From the NCBI RefSeq assembly GCF_004010195.1, contig NC_057718.1:14853992-14917991 (forward strand): a stretch of DNA of 64,000 nt, read 5' to 3'. The translations under genes were made by a program, and so were the position numbers. The stretch comes from Chiloscyllium plagiosum. Taxonomy: Eukaryota. This document shows, in pieces, positions 50,381 to 62,499 of this stretch; the first letter of the stretch is position 1, and each line of letters starts with the position of its first letter. Under the pieces are notes generated by a model. That model ran no database searches. It was not told the origin of the DNA and saw only the letters and a list, made by a program, of their open reading frames with translations.

Positions 50381-53300
50381 TAACATAAATCCAAAATTCT
50401 CCTCGGAGAGATCAATAATCAACACCAAACATTTTGGCATGCAGCCATTTATGTGAATGTGCGCCTCTCAATTTTAGGTTTAACACGGAAATATTACAGT
50501 AACTCAGGTAGTGAAACTTAGGAGACAAAACGCTGTTTTGAGTCAATAGAGATTCAACTACATGGACCATGGGACATCGCACTTAAATTTGAAAGGATGC
50601 TGCAAGCAACTCTCCAACACAAAGTCCACCAAATACTTGAAGACCTATATTACTTCACTCTGGAGTAGAATGGCGCATAGCAACCTCAATCTCAGCCAAA
50701 AGGTTAAGCTGTACAAGCTAAAAGTTTCTCAGGGAAGGAACATCCTACTTAGTTCAAAGGACTGGTGAGGTTAAAAACCAAATTTAACATTACAGTGAGG
50801 CTGGATGTGAATCTCTAATGCCTTTATCCACCAAGGAAGATACTGCATCCTTTAATGAAATAAGTTGAGAACCTTCTTGCAAACTAAGAATCGGCATTAT
50901 TTCCTTAGTCACTAAACCAATAGATGGTTTGAGCATGGTGACTGTACCCAAGCCTAATGGTGCTGTTCAAATTAATGTTGACCTTATACAGCCCATCAAG
51001 GCAGCAGCAAGAGAAATTCTCCTTTCATCCACAATCCAGCTGAACGATTCAAAAGCAGGGTTTTCACAAAACTTGACACAGCTAGGTTCTGGCAAACACC
51101 ACTGGGCAGACAGTCTAGATTGTTGCCCATATTGTTTGAAGATTTAGTTTTAACAGCTCACCATTTGAAATTGCATGGTCTCCAGAGATTTTCCATTGAA
51201 ATGTGTGAACCATGTTGCAAGATCTTCACCAAGTCATATGCATGACCTAGCAATCCATGGGGTAATGGTTTCAGAGCATGATCAGAGACTGTGTGCAATA
51301 TTAAAGCATTTACCAGTAGTGGGGGGCTCAGGCTTAATGGTAAGTGTGAATTCTCCAAAGAATCAAAGAATACATTGTCAACAGTGAAGGCATAATGGCA
51401 GATTCCCATAAGACTGAAGTCGCTTAGGAGCACCGGCTCTCCGAACTCGGGAAGCGATTTTCATGATTGCTCGGTTTGGTGAATCAGTGGCAAAGGTTTT
51501 GCCCAACCTAGCAGCCATTACAGAACCCTTGAAATAACTCCTCGAGAAGACACAAGGATGGTGTTGGAATCTTCAATTTTCAGAAAATTAAAGAATTGGC
51601 GATGTCCGGAGATGTTTTTGCCCATTATCATCTTTCATTTCCAATGACAGCAGCAGCCAATGGTTCAGCTGCACTGTTAGGTACAGTGCTCTCTCAGGAA
51701 CAGTAATATGGATATCGCAAACCAATATATTATACATCACAGGCATTACCTGGTACATAAACATGACATGCCCTGATTCAGGAGTATCTCGCAGTTACAT
51801 TGGTTTGAGAGAGATTTTCAGACTGCATCCTTGATCTGAAGGTGATTACTGAGAGAAATCCAAAACTTTTAGTTTCGCAACTGAGGAGATTTGATAGAAT
51901 GTTTTAAAACAATAGGATGTTACAGAGTAGATATGGAAAAACACTGCTCCCTCTGATAAAAGGATGAAGAACAAAAGGACAGAGTGGAAAGTAATTTGCA
52001 AAACAAGTAAATATGGTGGAGAAAAAAAAATGTTTTCATCTGGTGAGTAGTTAGGGTCTGGAATTCACAGCTTGGTGGAAGCAGATTAATTGAAGAATTC
52101 AGGAGGATCTTCAATGATCAGTTAAACAGAAGCAATGTATGGGGTTATAAGGAAAATGCATTAAGTTATAATGTTCATTCAGTGAGCTGTTGTAGACACA
52201 ATAAGCTAAATGGCATCCTTCTGCACTGTGAAGACAGCTACATTTCACCCATTAAACTAGCCTTTTCAAAATCCAAACAGAATACTTAATTGAAAACAGT
52301 GAAACCTCCAGATCGACTGAACTTGGTAAAGTCAGACTTTGCAAGGAGCTGGGGGTTGTAGTAAATGCAATTTTATACACAAATGTACAACAATGATAAT
52401 CCAGAAAGAAAGCTTGGGGGAATGTTGTGTATTGGTCTGAAAGGGTTAATACTTGATTGAGTGCAGTGATGATGCCATGAGGACCTGGTGGGGGAGTAAA
52501 GTAAGATCTCATGGGAGACAGTCCTAAGGATGGGTCTGCTCAACAGTCTTTACAATAATGTACAGCCTATTCTTATAAACTGTAAATAGTTGCAGAGATG
52601 CAATCATCGACATCTTGTTTACTTGACAAGACTCGCCTTGTTAGACCAGAAGGTGGTTATCCTCACACACACTAGCATACTAAGCCTCTAAAGAACTAAC
52701 ACATTGAGAAGATATGGATGGCAGCACATACAACATTGCCAACCCTGACTGAGACTATTCCAGAACATTCCATCACATGGCCTCCAATCTGTAACAGCCC
52801 CTGCTCAGCCAAACCTTATCCTGCTTGTGACCATCCCTTGTACTTCAAAACAAAAAGCTAAAAATATTCAAATTTTCTTGAAAACAGAAGCACACAAATT
52901 TAGTGATTTCTTTTCACAATGGCATGTTACTTGAGGATTAGTCTTTAATTCCAGGAGGGTCCACTGCAATCCTGAAGGAGTTGGCATGAAGTCACTGCTT
53001 CATGCCAGCCTTGCTCACCTAGAATTCATTTTCATCCCTGTGCTAGATGGGAGTGCCCCCTACTGTCCACGGACTCTTCCAACAGCTTACTCAACATGGA
53101 GGTTATTAAAGCAGGGAGACTGCACCTTACTTCATTACAGAGTAAACACTGGTTGGAAAGGGTGGGAGGAGGGAGGAGAGCTACAATCCAAATGCAGTTC
53201 ACTTGCCTAGCTCCAGTTCTCTAGATGTTAAGGCCCTAGCTCGCCCCCAACACCCTCTGACCTCAGGATGTCCTTCAGTGTTTGACAGTCAATTAAGTCC

Positions 53301-55119
53301 AGTCACTATTCACAGAATGGTTCCAGCACAGAACGTGGCTATTTGGTCCTCACATGGGCTTGCATGCAGTACAGAGGGAGCAGTCGGAAGTGAAGAAGGG
53401 AGTAAGGCACAACATAAAGGCGGGAACATACAGCAAGGAAAGAGCGTTCAACAGCCTTTCGTTTCCACCTCAGAAGGGCTCAGCCTTGACCAGACCTTGG
53501 TGGTTGATCGATGATTACGAAAGGAAAGCAGATGAGCAGTGAGTGGAGTAAACCAAAGGGGCCATATGGATCAAGCAGTGCACTGCTGGGTTGTTCCCTA
53601 CGCCTTTCTCAAGGGTACTTTGGGGTGGAAACACATACTGAGCTTACCCACGACACCCTCATTCAGTGAGAGAACAATAAAAGGTGTCATGGACTCAAGG
53701 GGTCAATTGGCTTCCTTCTGTGCTGTAATGTCTCAAGGACACTCTACACCCAATCTTGTATAATCCACAACTGTTTGTTAATAACTGTTTTATATTTGTG
53801 AGTGGAAACATTAGTGAGTAACAACCTCCAAATGTCTAACCTCACCCCATTCTGCAATCGGGCCGTGCATTTTCAACTTTAAAACCAAGCAAGAAAGCAA
53901 AAAAAAAAGCATTGTAAAAGTAGCCATACAAAATAAAGGTAGTCTTTACTGAATAATGGCCAGATTTATGGAATTCAATTCCCAGGATACCAGTGAAATT
54001 CCCAAACTTAATATTTAATAGAAGTGGAATTTGACATATTTAGTCAGTGTAAATCATGTTCCTACAATTATTCCCCTCATGATCTTTAGATTGTGATATA
54101 AAAGTGGGGGTGAAATCGAACTTGGGACTGAAGTGCAAGCAGTCCCTGGAGAATAATGGTCAGTCGACCCTACATATCCCATTCGATTTCCCGGGTCACC
54201 AACATACCTGGCTGCCAATTCACCATCACTCATTCCCCAAATCACATTGACTAACATGACAGAAAAATTGCAAAACATAAAATTATGTGGTTAGGGCTCT
54301 TGTGGTGCAGTGGCAGTGTCCCTACCTCTGAGTCATGAGGCCTGGAATCAAATCCCACTCGCCCCAAAGGTTTGTAATAACATCACTGAACAGACTGATC
54401 GGGAAACTATCTGTAACTATGTGGTTATCATGTGTTTAATCTTACATGCACATCTGAGGGAGACAAGCAGAGATATGAGAGATGGAAGAAAGCTCCACAT
54501 CAGCTTTTCTGACTGCTCCCCATATCCTTCAAGTTCCCAAGAGACCAATAATTGCTGATTCCAACCACAATCCACAATCTCTAGGGTTGAGAATTCCAAA
54601 GATTCACAATCCTTGGATTGAAGTCATTTCTCCTCATATCAGTCCTAAATAATTGTGCCCTTATCCTGAGACTGCGTGCCCTCCGCATTCGAGATTCCCC
54701 AACCATGGAAGCAATATCTCAGCCCCTGCTCTCTCCGGGAAACGTGGTCTGGTGTTCATCGAGCTACAACCCAGCTTCTAGCTCCCTTTGTCAACGCTGT
54801 GATAAAGCCACATGATTTATACACAAGCTAAGTGAGAAGTTTATTCTTAAATGAGTTATCCTTCCAGAGGGACTGAGATACACCAGCTATCAGAGTTCAT
54901 TGGCATGCAGTACAACAAGATGGAAGGGAATACTTTATAGGGGAGATGTGGTGGAGTGGAAATGTCACTTGACTTGTAATTCTGAAGCCCAGGCTGAGGA
55001 CATTGGTTAAATCTAAATAATAAATTCAAGTCTGTGAAACTACTGGCAACAATCTGACTCCTATCCATCATCTGCAGAATCCTTTGCAACTGTTTCATGC
55101 AATATCCCCATAGTGACCT

Positions 55120-55420
55120 GGGGGGAGGTGATGGTCTAGTGGTGTTATTCTTAGACTATTAATCCAAAGATTCAGGCATTCTTTCGGGCAACCGGGTTCA
55201 AATTCTGGTCCAATTTGAAGTTAACAACAGTCTGATGAAAACCATTACTATTGTCAGAAAGAAAAAAACACCTGATTTACCTTTGAGGACGAAAATCTGC
55301 AATCATTACCTGGTCTGGCCTACATGTGACTGACTGAGTCCTAAATGTGGTTGACTCTTAACTGCCCTGTGGGAAATCAGGAATGGATAATAACTGCTGG
55401 CCTCACATCCCATAAACGAA
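55120..55420 (+). mobile_element. tRNA-derived SINE (family B), degenerate
   Basis: GGGGAGGTGATGGTCTAGTGG head; TTACCTGGTCTGGCCTACATGTGACT core. Confidence 0.75.
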
Positions 55421-56002
55421 TCTAAATCTGCTGCCAAAATCGCTACAGTTTCAGAAAATGTCGAGGAGCTACTGATACGGTATTTGCAGTTGGACAGCTC
55501 CAGGAGAAATGACAAGAACAGAAAGTGAACCTCTACACTATGTTTACTGACCTGACCAAGGCCTTTGACACAGTCAGTAGTAGGTAATGGCGAACTTTAG
55601 GACAATACATTGACAATTCCAATGACAGCCTGCTTGTGCATGTCCCAGATGATGGGGAGTCTTCTGACCTTTTCCAAGTCACGAGTGGAGTTAAACAGGG
55701 CTGTGTGCAAGCACCAACCCTCTTCAACACGTTTTTCTGCTCCATGCTCTCTGATGCCTTCCACTGTGGTGATCCTGACATCAAGATCAGATATAACATG
55801 AACATGAAGCTGTCCAATCTGAAACAACTCCAGGCAAAACCCAGCTTCTCAAAGGACTACTTCAGGTATTCTGTTTGCTGATGACTGTGCACTAGTTGAA
55901 CAAAAATCTTTGGCCTTACGGTACACATAAAGAAAACTGGAGTAGTGCATCAGTCTGCTCCAGGAAAGACCTATCTCACGCCTCTTTCAGTCCACAAGCA
56001 GA

Positions 56003-58088
56003 ACTTGGGGGATTTTAACATGCAGGTAGACTGGGAGAATCAGGATGGTATGAGGCCTCAAGAAAGAGACTTTGTGGAGTGCCTCAGAGATGGATTCTTA
56101 GAGCAGCTGGTGCTGGAGCCGACCAGGGAGAAGGCAATTCTGGATCTGGTATTGTGTAACGAACCAGAATTGGTCAGAGACCTCGAAGTAAAGGAGCCAT
56201 TGGGAAGTAGTGACCATAATACAATAAGCTTCAATCTGCAATTTGAGAGGGAGAGAGTACAGTCGGAAGTGACAGTACTTCTGTTGAATAAAGGGAACTA
56301 TGGAGCTATGAGGGAGGAGCTGGCCAAAGTTCAATGGTGCAATACCTTAGCAGGGATGACCGTGGAGGAACAATGGCCCTCCTCCCTACCTTTTATCTTA
56401 GCCTGCTGGACACACTTTCCTCATTCCTGAAGAAGGGCTTATGCCCAAAACGTCAATTCTCCTGTTCCTTGGATGCTGCCTGACCTGCTGCGCTTTTCCA
56501 GCAACACATTTTCACTCCTGTGTTCTCTGTCTATGCCATGATGTTTAGACTGATTCTAATCTAAAAAGTGAGATAACGGAGTTTTACATGAATTCATGCA
56601 GTTTTTGAGCTCCGAGTTCTACATGAATGCATGCAGTTTTTGAGCAAAGTACAATGTAACCCTGCAAGTACAAATNNNNNNNNNNNNNNNNNNNNNNNNN
56701 NNNNNNNNNNNNNNNNNNNNNNNNNNNNNNNNNNNNNNNNNNNNNNNNNNNNNNNNNNNNNNNNNNNNNNNNNNNNNNNNNNNNNNNNNNNNNNNNNNNN
56801 NNNNNNNNNNNNNNNNNNNNNNNNNNNNNNNNNNNNNNNNNNNNNNNNNNNNNNNNNNNNNNNNNNNNNNNNNNNNNNNNNNNNNNNNNNNNNNNNNNNN
56901 NNNNNNNNNNNNNNNNNNNNNNNNNNNNNNNNNNNNNNNNNNNNNNNNNNNNNNNNNNNNNNNNNNNNNNNNNNNNNNNNNNNNNNNNNNNNNNNNNNNN
57001 NNNNNNNNNNNNNNNNNNNNNNNNNNNNNNNNNNNNNNNNNNNNNNNAACGGCTCCATTTTGGAATGGCAGGCAGTGACCAGTGGGGTATCGCAGTGATC
57101 CGTGCTGGGACCGCAGCTTTTTACAATATATGTTAATGACATAGAAGATAGTATTAGTAATAACATTAGCAACTAAGGTGGGTGGCAGGGTGAAATGTGA
57201 TGATGTTAGGAGATTACAGGGTGACCTGGACAGGTTAGGTGTGTGGTCAGATGCATGGCAGATGCAGTTTAATGTAGGTAAATGTATGGTTATCCACTTT
57301 GGTGGCATGAACAGGAAGGCAGATTACTACCTAAATGGAGTCAAGTTAGGTAAAGGGGCAGTACAACGAGATCTAGGTGTTCTTGTACATCAGTCAATGA
57401 AGGTAAGCATGCAGGTACTGCAGGTAGTGCAGAAGGCTAATAGCATGCTGGCCTTCATAACAAGAGTGATTGAGTATAGAAGCAAAGAGGTTCTTCTGCA
57501 GCTGTACGGGGCCCTGGTGAGACCACACCTGGAGTATTGTGTGCTGTTCTGGTCTCCAAATTTGAGGAAAGACATTCTGGCTATTGAGGGAGTGCAGCGT
57601 AGGTTCACGAGGTCAATTCCTGGAATGGCGGGATTACCTTACACTGAAAGACTGTAGCGACTGGGCTTGTATACCCTTGAGATTCGAAGACTGAGAGGGG
57701 ATCTGATTGAGACATATAAGATTATTAAAGGATTGGACACTCTGGCAGCAGGAAACATGTTTCCGCTGATGGGTGAGTGCTGAACCAGAGGACACAGCTT
57801 AAAAATACGGGGTAGACCATTTAGGACAGAGCTCAGGAGAAACTTCTTCACGCAGAGAGTGGTGGCTGTGTGGAATGCTCTGCCCCAGAGGGCAGTGGAG
57901 GCCCACTCTCTGGATTCATTTAAGAAAGAGTTGGATAGAGCTCTCAAAGTTGGTGGAATCAATGGTTATGGAGATAAGGCAGGAACAGGATACTGATTAG
58001 GAATGATCAGCCATGATCATATTGAATGGTGGTGCAGGCTCGAAGGGCAGAATGGCCTACTCCCGCACCTATTGTCTATTGTCTATTG
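56003..58088 (+). mobile_element. CR1 pieces (endonuclease 56003-56375; RT and 3' end 57048-58088) around a 372-N gap (56676-57047)
   Basis: GDFNMQVDW...PTREKAILDLVLCN...LGSSDHN; LQGDLDRL..W...WQMQFNVGKC; (CTATTGT)n tail. Confidence 0.9.
56376..56515 (+). mobile_element. Penelope-like terminal fragment
   Basis: CATTCCTGAAGAAGGGCTTATGCCCAAAACGTC...GATGCTGCCTGACCTGCTGCGC, same subfamily as 6484. Confidence 0.8.
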
Positions 58089-58625
58089 TCACAAGTCGAG
58101 ACGTACACTTATCTCAGCAGCACACTGTCTCGAGCCTCCACATTGATGATGAGACACATAAAGAATTGCCAAAGCAAGTGCAGCTTTCTGCAGATTTCAA
58201 GCATCAGTCTGGGAATGAAGAGGAGTAAGTCAGCATGTCAAATTGAAAGTCTGTAGAACAGACGTCCTACCCACTCTGTTCCATGAATTGGACTCGGTAC
58301 CATGATCTTACCAAGACCCTCAACCACTTCCATCTGAGTTGTCTTCAGAAGCTTCTGAAGGTTAGATGGCAGAACAAAATATCAGAGCATGAGGTGCTCT
58401 GCTGGGCTGGCATGCCAAGCATCCACACGGAAAGGAGACAGCCACACTGAGCTGGATCATGTAGCCTGAATGCCTAACACTCACAAAGTAAGGTTCTTCT
58501 GTGGAGACATTGAATCCGGAGTCATGACAGTCAAATGAGGCACCACAAGGATATGCTGAAGGCTTCACTCAGTAGTCTCAGTCTGAACCTCCAAGTATTG
58601 TGAGAGGCTTGTCCAGGATCGTTGT

Positions 58626-58767
58626 CCCCTCCACCCCAGTCGTGAAGAAGGGTTATATCTGAAACATTGACTTCTCCACTTCCTGATGTTGCCTGCCTTG
58701 CTGTATTCTTACAGCCCTCTGTTTGTCTACTTTGGATTCCAGCATCTGCAGTTCTTTTTGTCTCTAA
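58626..58767 (+). mobile_element. Penelope-like terminal fragment nested in the RTE
   Basis: 13-bp TSD CCAGGATCGTTGT at 58613-58625 and 58768-58780. Confidence 0.85.
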
Positions 58768-58989
58768 CCAGGATCGTTGTACCCAGCACAACGAAATAAA
58801 AACACAGCAGCCTCTTTCAGGGCGTATTAGAGACAGGGAAACATGGAGATGGAATCTAAAGCTAGTCATGTCTGTGATACCCTGTCCTGCATGCAGCAGA
58901 ACCGTCTGAGCACAAAGTGACCATGGGCAGTCACCCACAGACCCACCAGAACCCCATCAAACACACCAGATGATGGACATGGTCACCTT

Positions 58990-59350
58990 TCTTTTATTCA
59001 CTCATGGGATATGACGCCTCCAACAAGGCCAGCATTTATTGCCCATTCCTAATTGCCAAGAGGATAGTTAAGAGTCAACCACATCGCTGTGGGTCTGGAG
59101 TCACATATAGGCCAGACCAGGTAGGGATGGCAGATTTCCTTCCCAAAAGGACATTAGTGAACCAGATGTGTTTTTTCTGACAAACAACAATGCATCCATG
59201 GTCATCATTAGACACCGAATTCCAGATTCTTTATTTAATTCAAATTCCACCATCTACCATGGCAGGATCTGAGCCTGGGTCCCCAGGACATTAGCAGAGT
59301 TTCTGGATTAATAGTCTAGCGATAATACCACTGGGCTATCACCTCCCCTT
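58990..59350 (-). mobile_element. tRNA-derived SINE (family B), near complete
   Basis: Reverse complement of the 14915 and 55120 copies from head to tail. Confidence 0.88.
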
Positions 59351-60344
59351 CATCTTGAAGGAGCTACAAGACAAAAGACAAGAGAGTTTGCAGACTTGGC
59401 AGAAGCGATTCTGGAAAACGGCAGCGGGATGCCATCAACATCAGACTCCCGGCTAATCCCAGCACAGTAAGAGCCCAGACAACAGGCGGGTGGCTTTGAA
59501 ACCTCCCCTTCCAAACAGTGCCCAAACAGAATGGCCAACTCCAGCAAAAGCATGCGACATGTTTCCATGATACAGGTTTTGAGCATCAGTTAATTGAGAT
59601 GCAGCGGTCTTGAGGATTTTGGAACCTCAGCTTCTGAAAACGAAAGCCAAGGATGGAAACTGTCTTTGACACAATAACCCTCAAGCCTATTTCATTTGTT
59701 ACCAGAGTAAAGATTGAAACCTAATAGAGTTTCAAATTTTCAGTTAAATTTCCAGCAAACCTCCTCCCCCTTTGGATTTATTTTGCTGCTCCATAGATTT
59801 TTGATTTGTTTTAATATATGAAAAACTTAAAAAGAAACATTGATGACTATTCAGTTTGACTAAGCAAAATTGCCTTGCTGCTGCAGTCTTTTTCTGTCTC
59901 TCCCTGGGGTAAAATAGCCATTAATAAACTGTAACACTGGCTGTCAGGCCTGCATATTATAAGCTAATGATTTATTATGGCCCTTACTCAAAGCTTGACA
60001 TTTTCTATTCAATGCAGCAAGATATCGAAAGGGGAAATGAAGCCTCCAATAAAAAGGAGCTCTGAATGTATTTGTCGAGCTACAAATGTTACAGGTGCCA
60101 GCTGTCACATTCAACTAAACCTTCGCCAAGTCCGGCACACTCCAAGTGGCAGGAGACACCTTTTAGCAATGTGGACTTTTCACAGTTGCTGCTGCCTCAG
60201 TGTTTAACACAACCAAAATGGAATCAGTTCTAACAGCAAATTTGCAACAAGGACACTGCAAAGTCTCAGGAAGCTGCAAACCTATCAGCTATTGGTGAGG
60301 CGCATTGATTGGGTGGAGGTGAGCGAGTAAGGACGAGATAATAA

Positions 60345-60472
60345 GTAAAAACCAAAAGAACCAGGGCGGCTCTAAATCAGAAACAAAAAACAGAAATTGC
60401 TGGAAAAGCTCGGCAGGTCCGGCAGCATTGGTTGAGAGAAATCAGAGTTAACGTTTCGGGGTCCAGTGACCA
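60345..60472 (-). mobile_element. Penelope-like terminal fragment
   Basis: Same subfamily as 39520; minus strand GGTCACTGGACCCCGAAACGTTAACTC. Confidence 0.8.
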
Positions 60473-60694
60473 TCCAAGTGAGGGTGAGAGTTTGTTTAGT
60501 GAAAAGACTCATGCATTTCATGCAGATGGTAAGCTATTAGAATTATGTTACACCGAATGCACAGGACAGAGACTAATCCATGCCACCAGCTAAACCGTGC
60601 ATGATCATCCTCCCACGCCTTCCCTCCGCCACGATCATTTTTGAACGCTTCCTTATTTACTTCCAAAATGATACGTCTATAAAACACAAAATAA

Positions 60695-61110
60695 AAAGGC
60701 TTGCATTTAGACAGTATTTTCATGACTTCAGATCATCCCAAAGCAGTGGTGTGACTGCTTTGGAGCATAGTCACTGTTGTAAAGTAAGAAATACAGCAGC
60801 CAATTTGCATACAGCACGTTCCAACAATGCGATAACGACCGAATTATCTTGTTCATTTGATGTTGCGGATTGAGGGATAAATATAAACCAAGACACTGGG
60901 AAAAATTTCAAAACAGCAGCATGAGATTTTTACGTCCAACCAAGCGCAACATTTCACATGTAAGGGGGCACCCCCCCCCCTGCAGTGCAGTGCAGCACTC
61001 CCACAGTACTGTCAGCCACTCAAAGCCTATGGTGAGGATTGGGTTGGAGAACAGTGTGACTGAATGAGAGTGAGTGAATGGCAGTCCATTGCCACGGTTC
61101 AACGGCACCA
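60695..61110 (-). mobile_element. DeuSINE-like SINE
   Basis: TTGCATTTAGACAG...GCAGCCAATTTGCA...TGAGGGATAAATAT...TGCAGCACTCCCACAGTACTG. Confidence 0.7.
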
Positions 61111-62499
61111 TAACCCTGATTCCACCAAAAAGGAAACTGTTCACTTCTCTCCCTCTCCAGAGATAGTCATCAGTGACCACTTGGCCTGGGAAGGAAGGTG
61201 TCAGTTAGTGTTTGTCATTGGCAATGTACAGTCTTCCAAATATAATGTCCCACACACAATACGAATTCCATTGTCCATGCACCAGAGACAATAAACAGAG
61301 ATGGCACACTAATCCAGAGGCAGGTGCACTTCATTATTTTTGTTGATGGCTGCATTTTCCTTCTTGAAGTGAATGGAAGGCCAAGGACAGGAGAAATTAT
61401 ATGATGCATGGCATATAAACCTGACTCATTATGCTGAAAGCTGCTTTCTCCCCCATAACTCACATAACAAACATAAGGCAGTCTCACACAGCACTAACTG
61501 TGGTATTTCATAAATAACTCCCCCTGTAACTCACAGTTATACACATTCCCTCAGTAAGCCCTCTGAAAGCTTTACAGCTTGATTAATAGCAACAGGGCAA
61601 GTTGCACAAAAGCTTTCTTCCTTTGTAAATACTGTGCCAGCTTGAGTTATGAAGTTCATAATTCCCCAGAGGAGTGGGAGATGAGGACTGTTCTGTGTTG
61701 GGGGGTTGGGGAGGCGGGGGGGGGGAGAGACAAAGATATTCAGAAAGAGAGGACTCCAACAGGCCTTTCAAATCACGAAAGGGTTGAATAGGTTTAGTGC
61801 AGAGAATACGTTTGCACTTGTCAGGGACACCAGAGTAAGGCCATAAATCAAAGACAGTCAACAATAAATCCCACGTGGAATTCAGGAGAAACATCTTTAC
61901 CCTTAGAGGGGTTGACAATTCGGATGGAATTCATTACCACAGGCAGTGGGTGGGACGAGTAACACAGACGCATTTAAACGGATGTTGGATAAAACAACGA
62001 GGGAAGAAAGGTGGAGCAGAAACGCTGAGACGCACTGAATGGCCTGTTCGATTGCTGTAAATTCAATGTGTCACTGGAACAGGATGTTGGTCACACCTTC
62101 TTCCACAACAGAGCACTCTGTGACCACTGGCTGTTTGTGGCTGTAGTCCATTAGGATCTGTTCACCAGCACCATGTGAAGAGATTAAAAGAGATTCCAGA
62201 GAGAGGGGTGGGTCTACACAATCACTGTCATTCTTTAAAACAGAAACTGGTGAACTGTGTCTTCAATTTATTACTTCACAATGAAACACAGCGCACAATC
62301 AACAGTTGGGAACAAGTATCAAGGACAACAGAACTTAGGATCAAAACAGATGTTTGGAAGAATTGAATTTTTAAAAAATCATTGAGTGAATTTTCAGTGG
62401 GAGATGGATATTAGCAGAGAAGGTAAAATACAGTCATGATGGAATAGATTGAGAGGTACACTACTGCTACTGAGTAGTAAACGATTACTGTATATCCTC

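Larger units (their letters stand above)
42830..51880 (+). mobile_element. Heavily decayed Gypsy/Ty3 LTR retrotransposon, split by nested insertions
   Basis: gag-like EDLTLETTIQM (about 43005) and CPA..FNCK (about 43240); RT MVTVPKPNGAVQINVDL, FTKLD, EHDQRLCAIL; RNase H-like LLGTVLSQE and KPIYYTSQAL (51640-51750). Confidence 0.75.
55440..58940 (+). pseudogene. RTE-clade LINE remnant, interrupted by CR1 and PLE insertions
   Basis: FTDLTKAFDTVS, FQVTSGVKQGCVQAPTLFNTFF, LFADDCAL, FGLTVHIKKT; resumes near 58090 with TYLSSTLS. Confidence 0.85.

Noticed and set aside
56594..57308. ORFs spanning the N runs (also 20048-20391)
   Set aside because: Artefacts of assembly gaps
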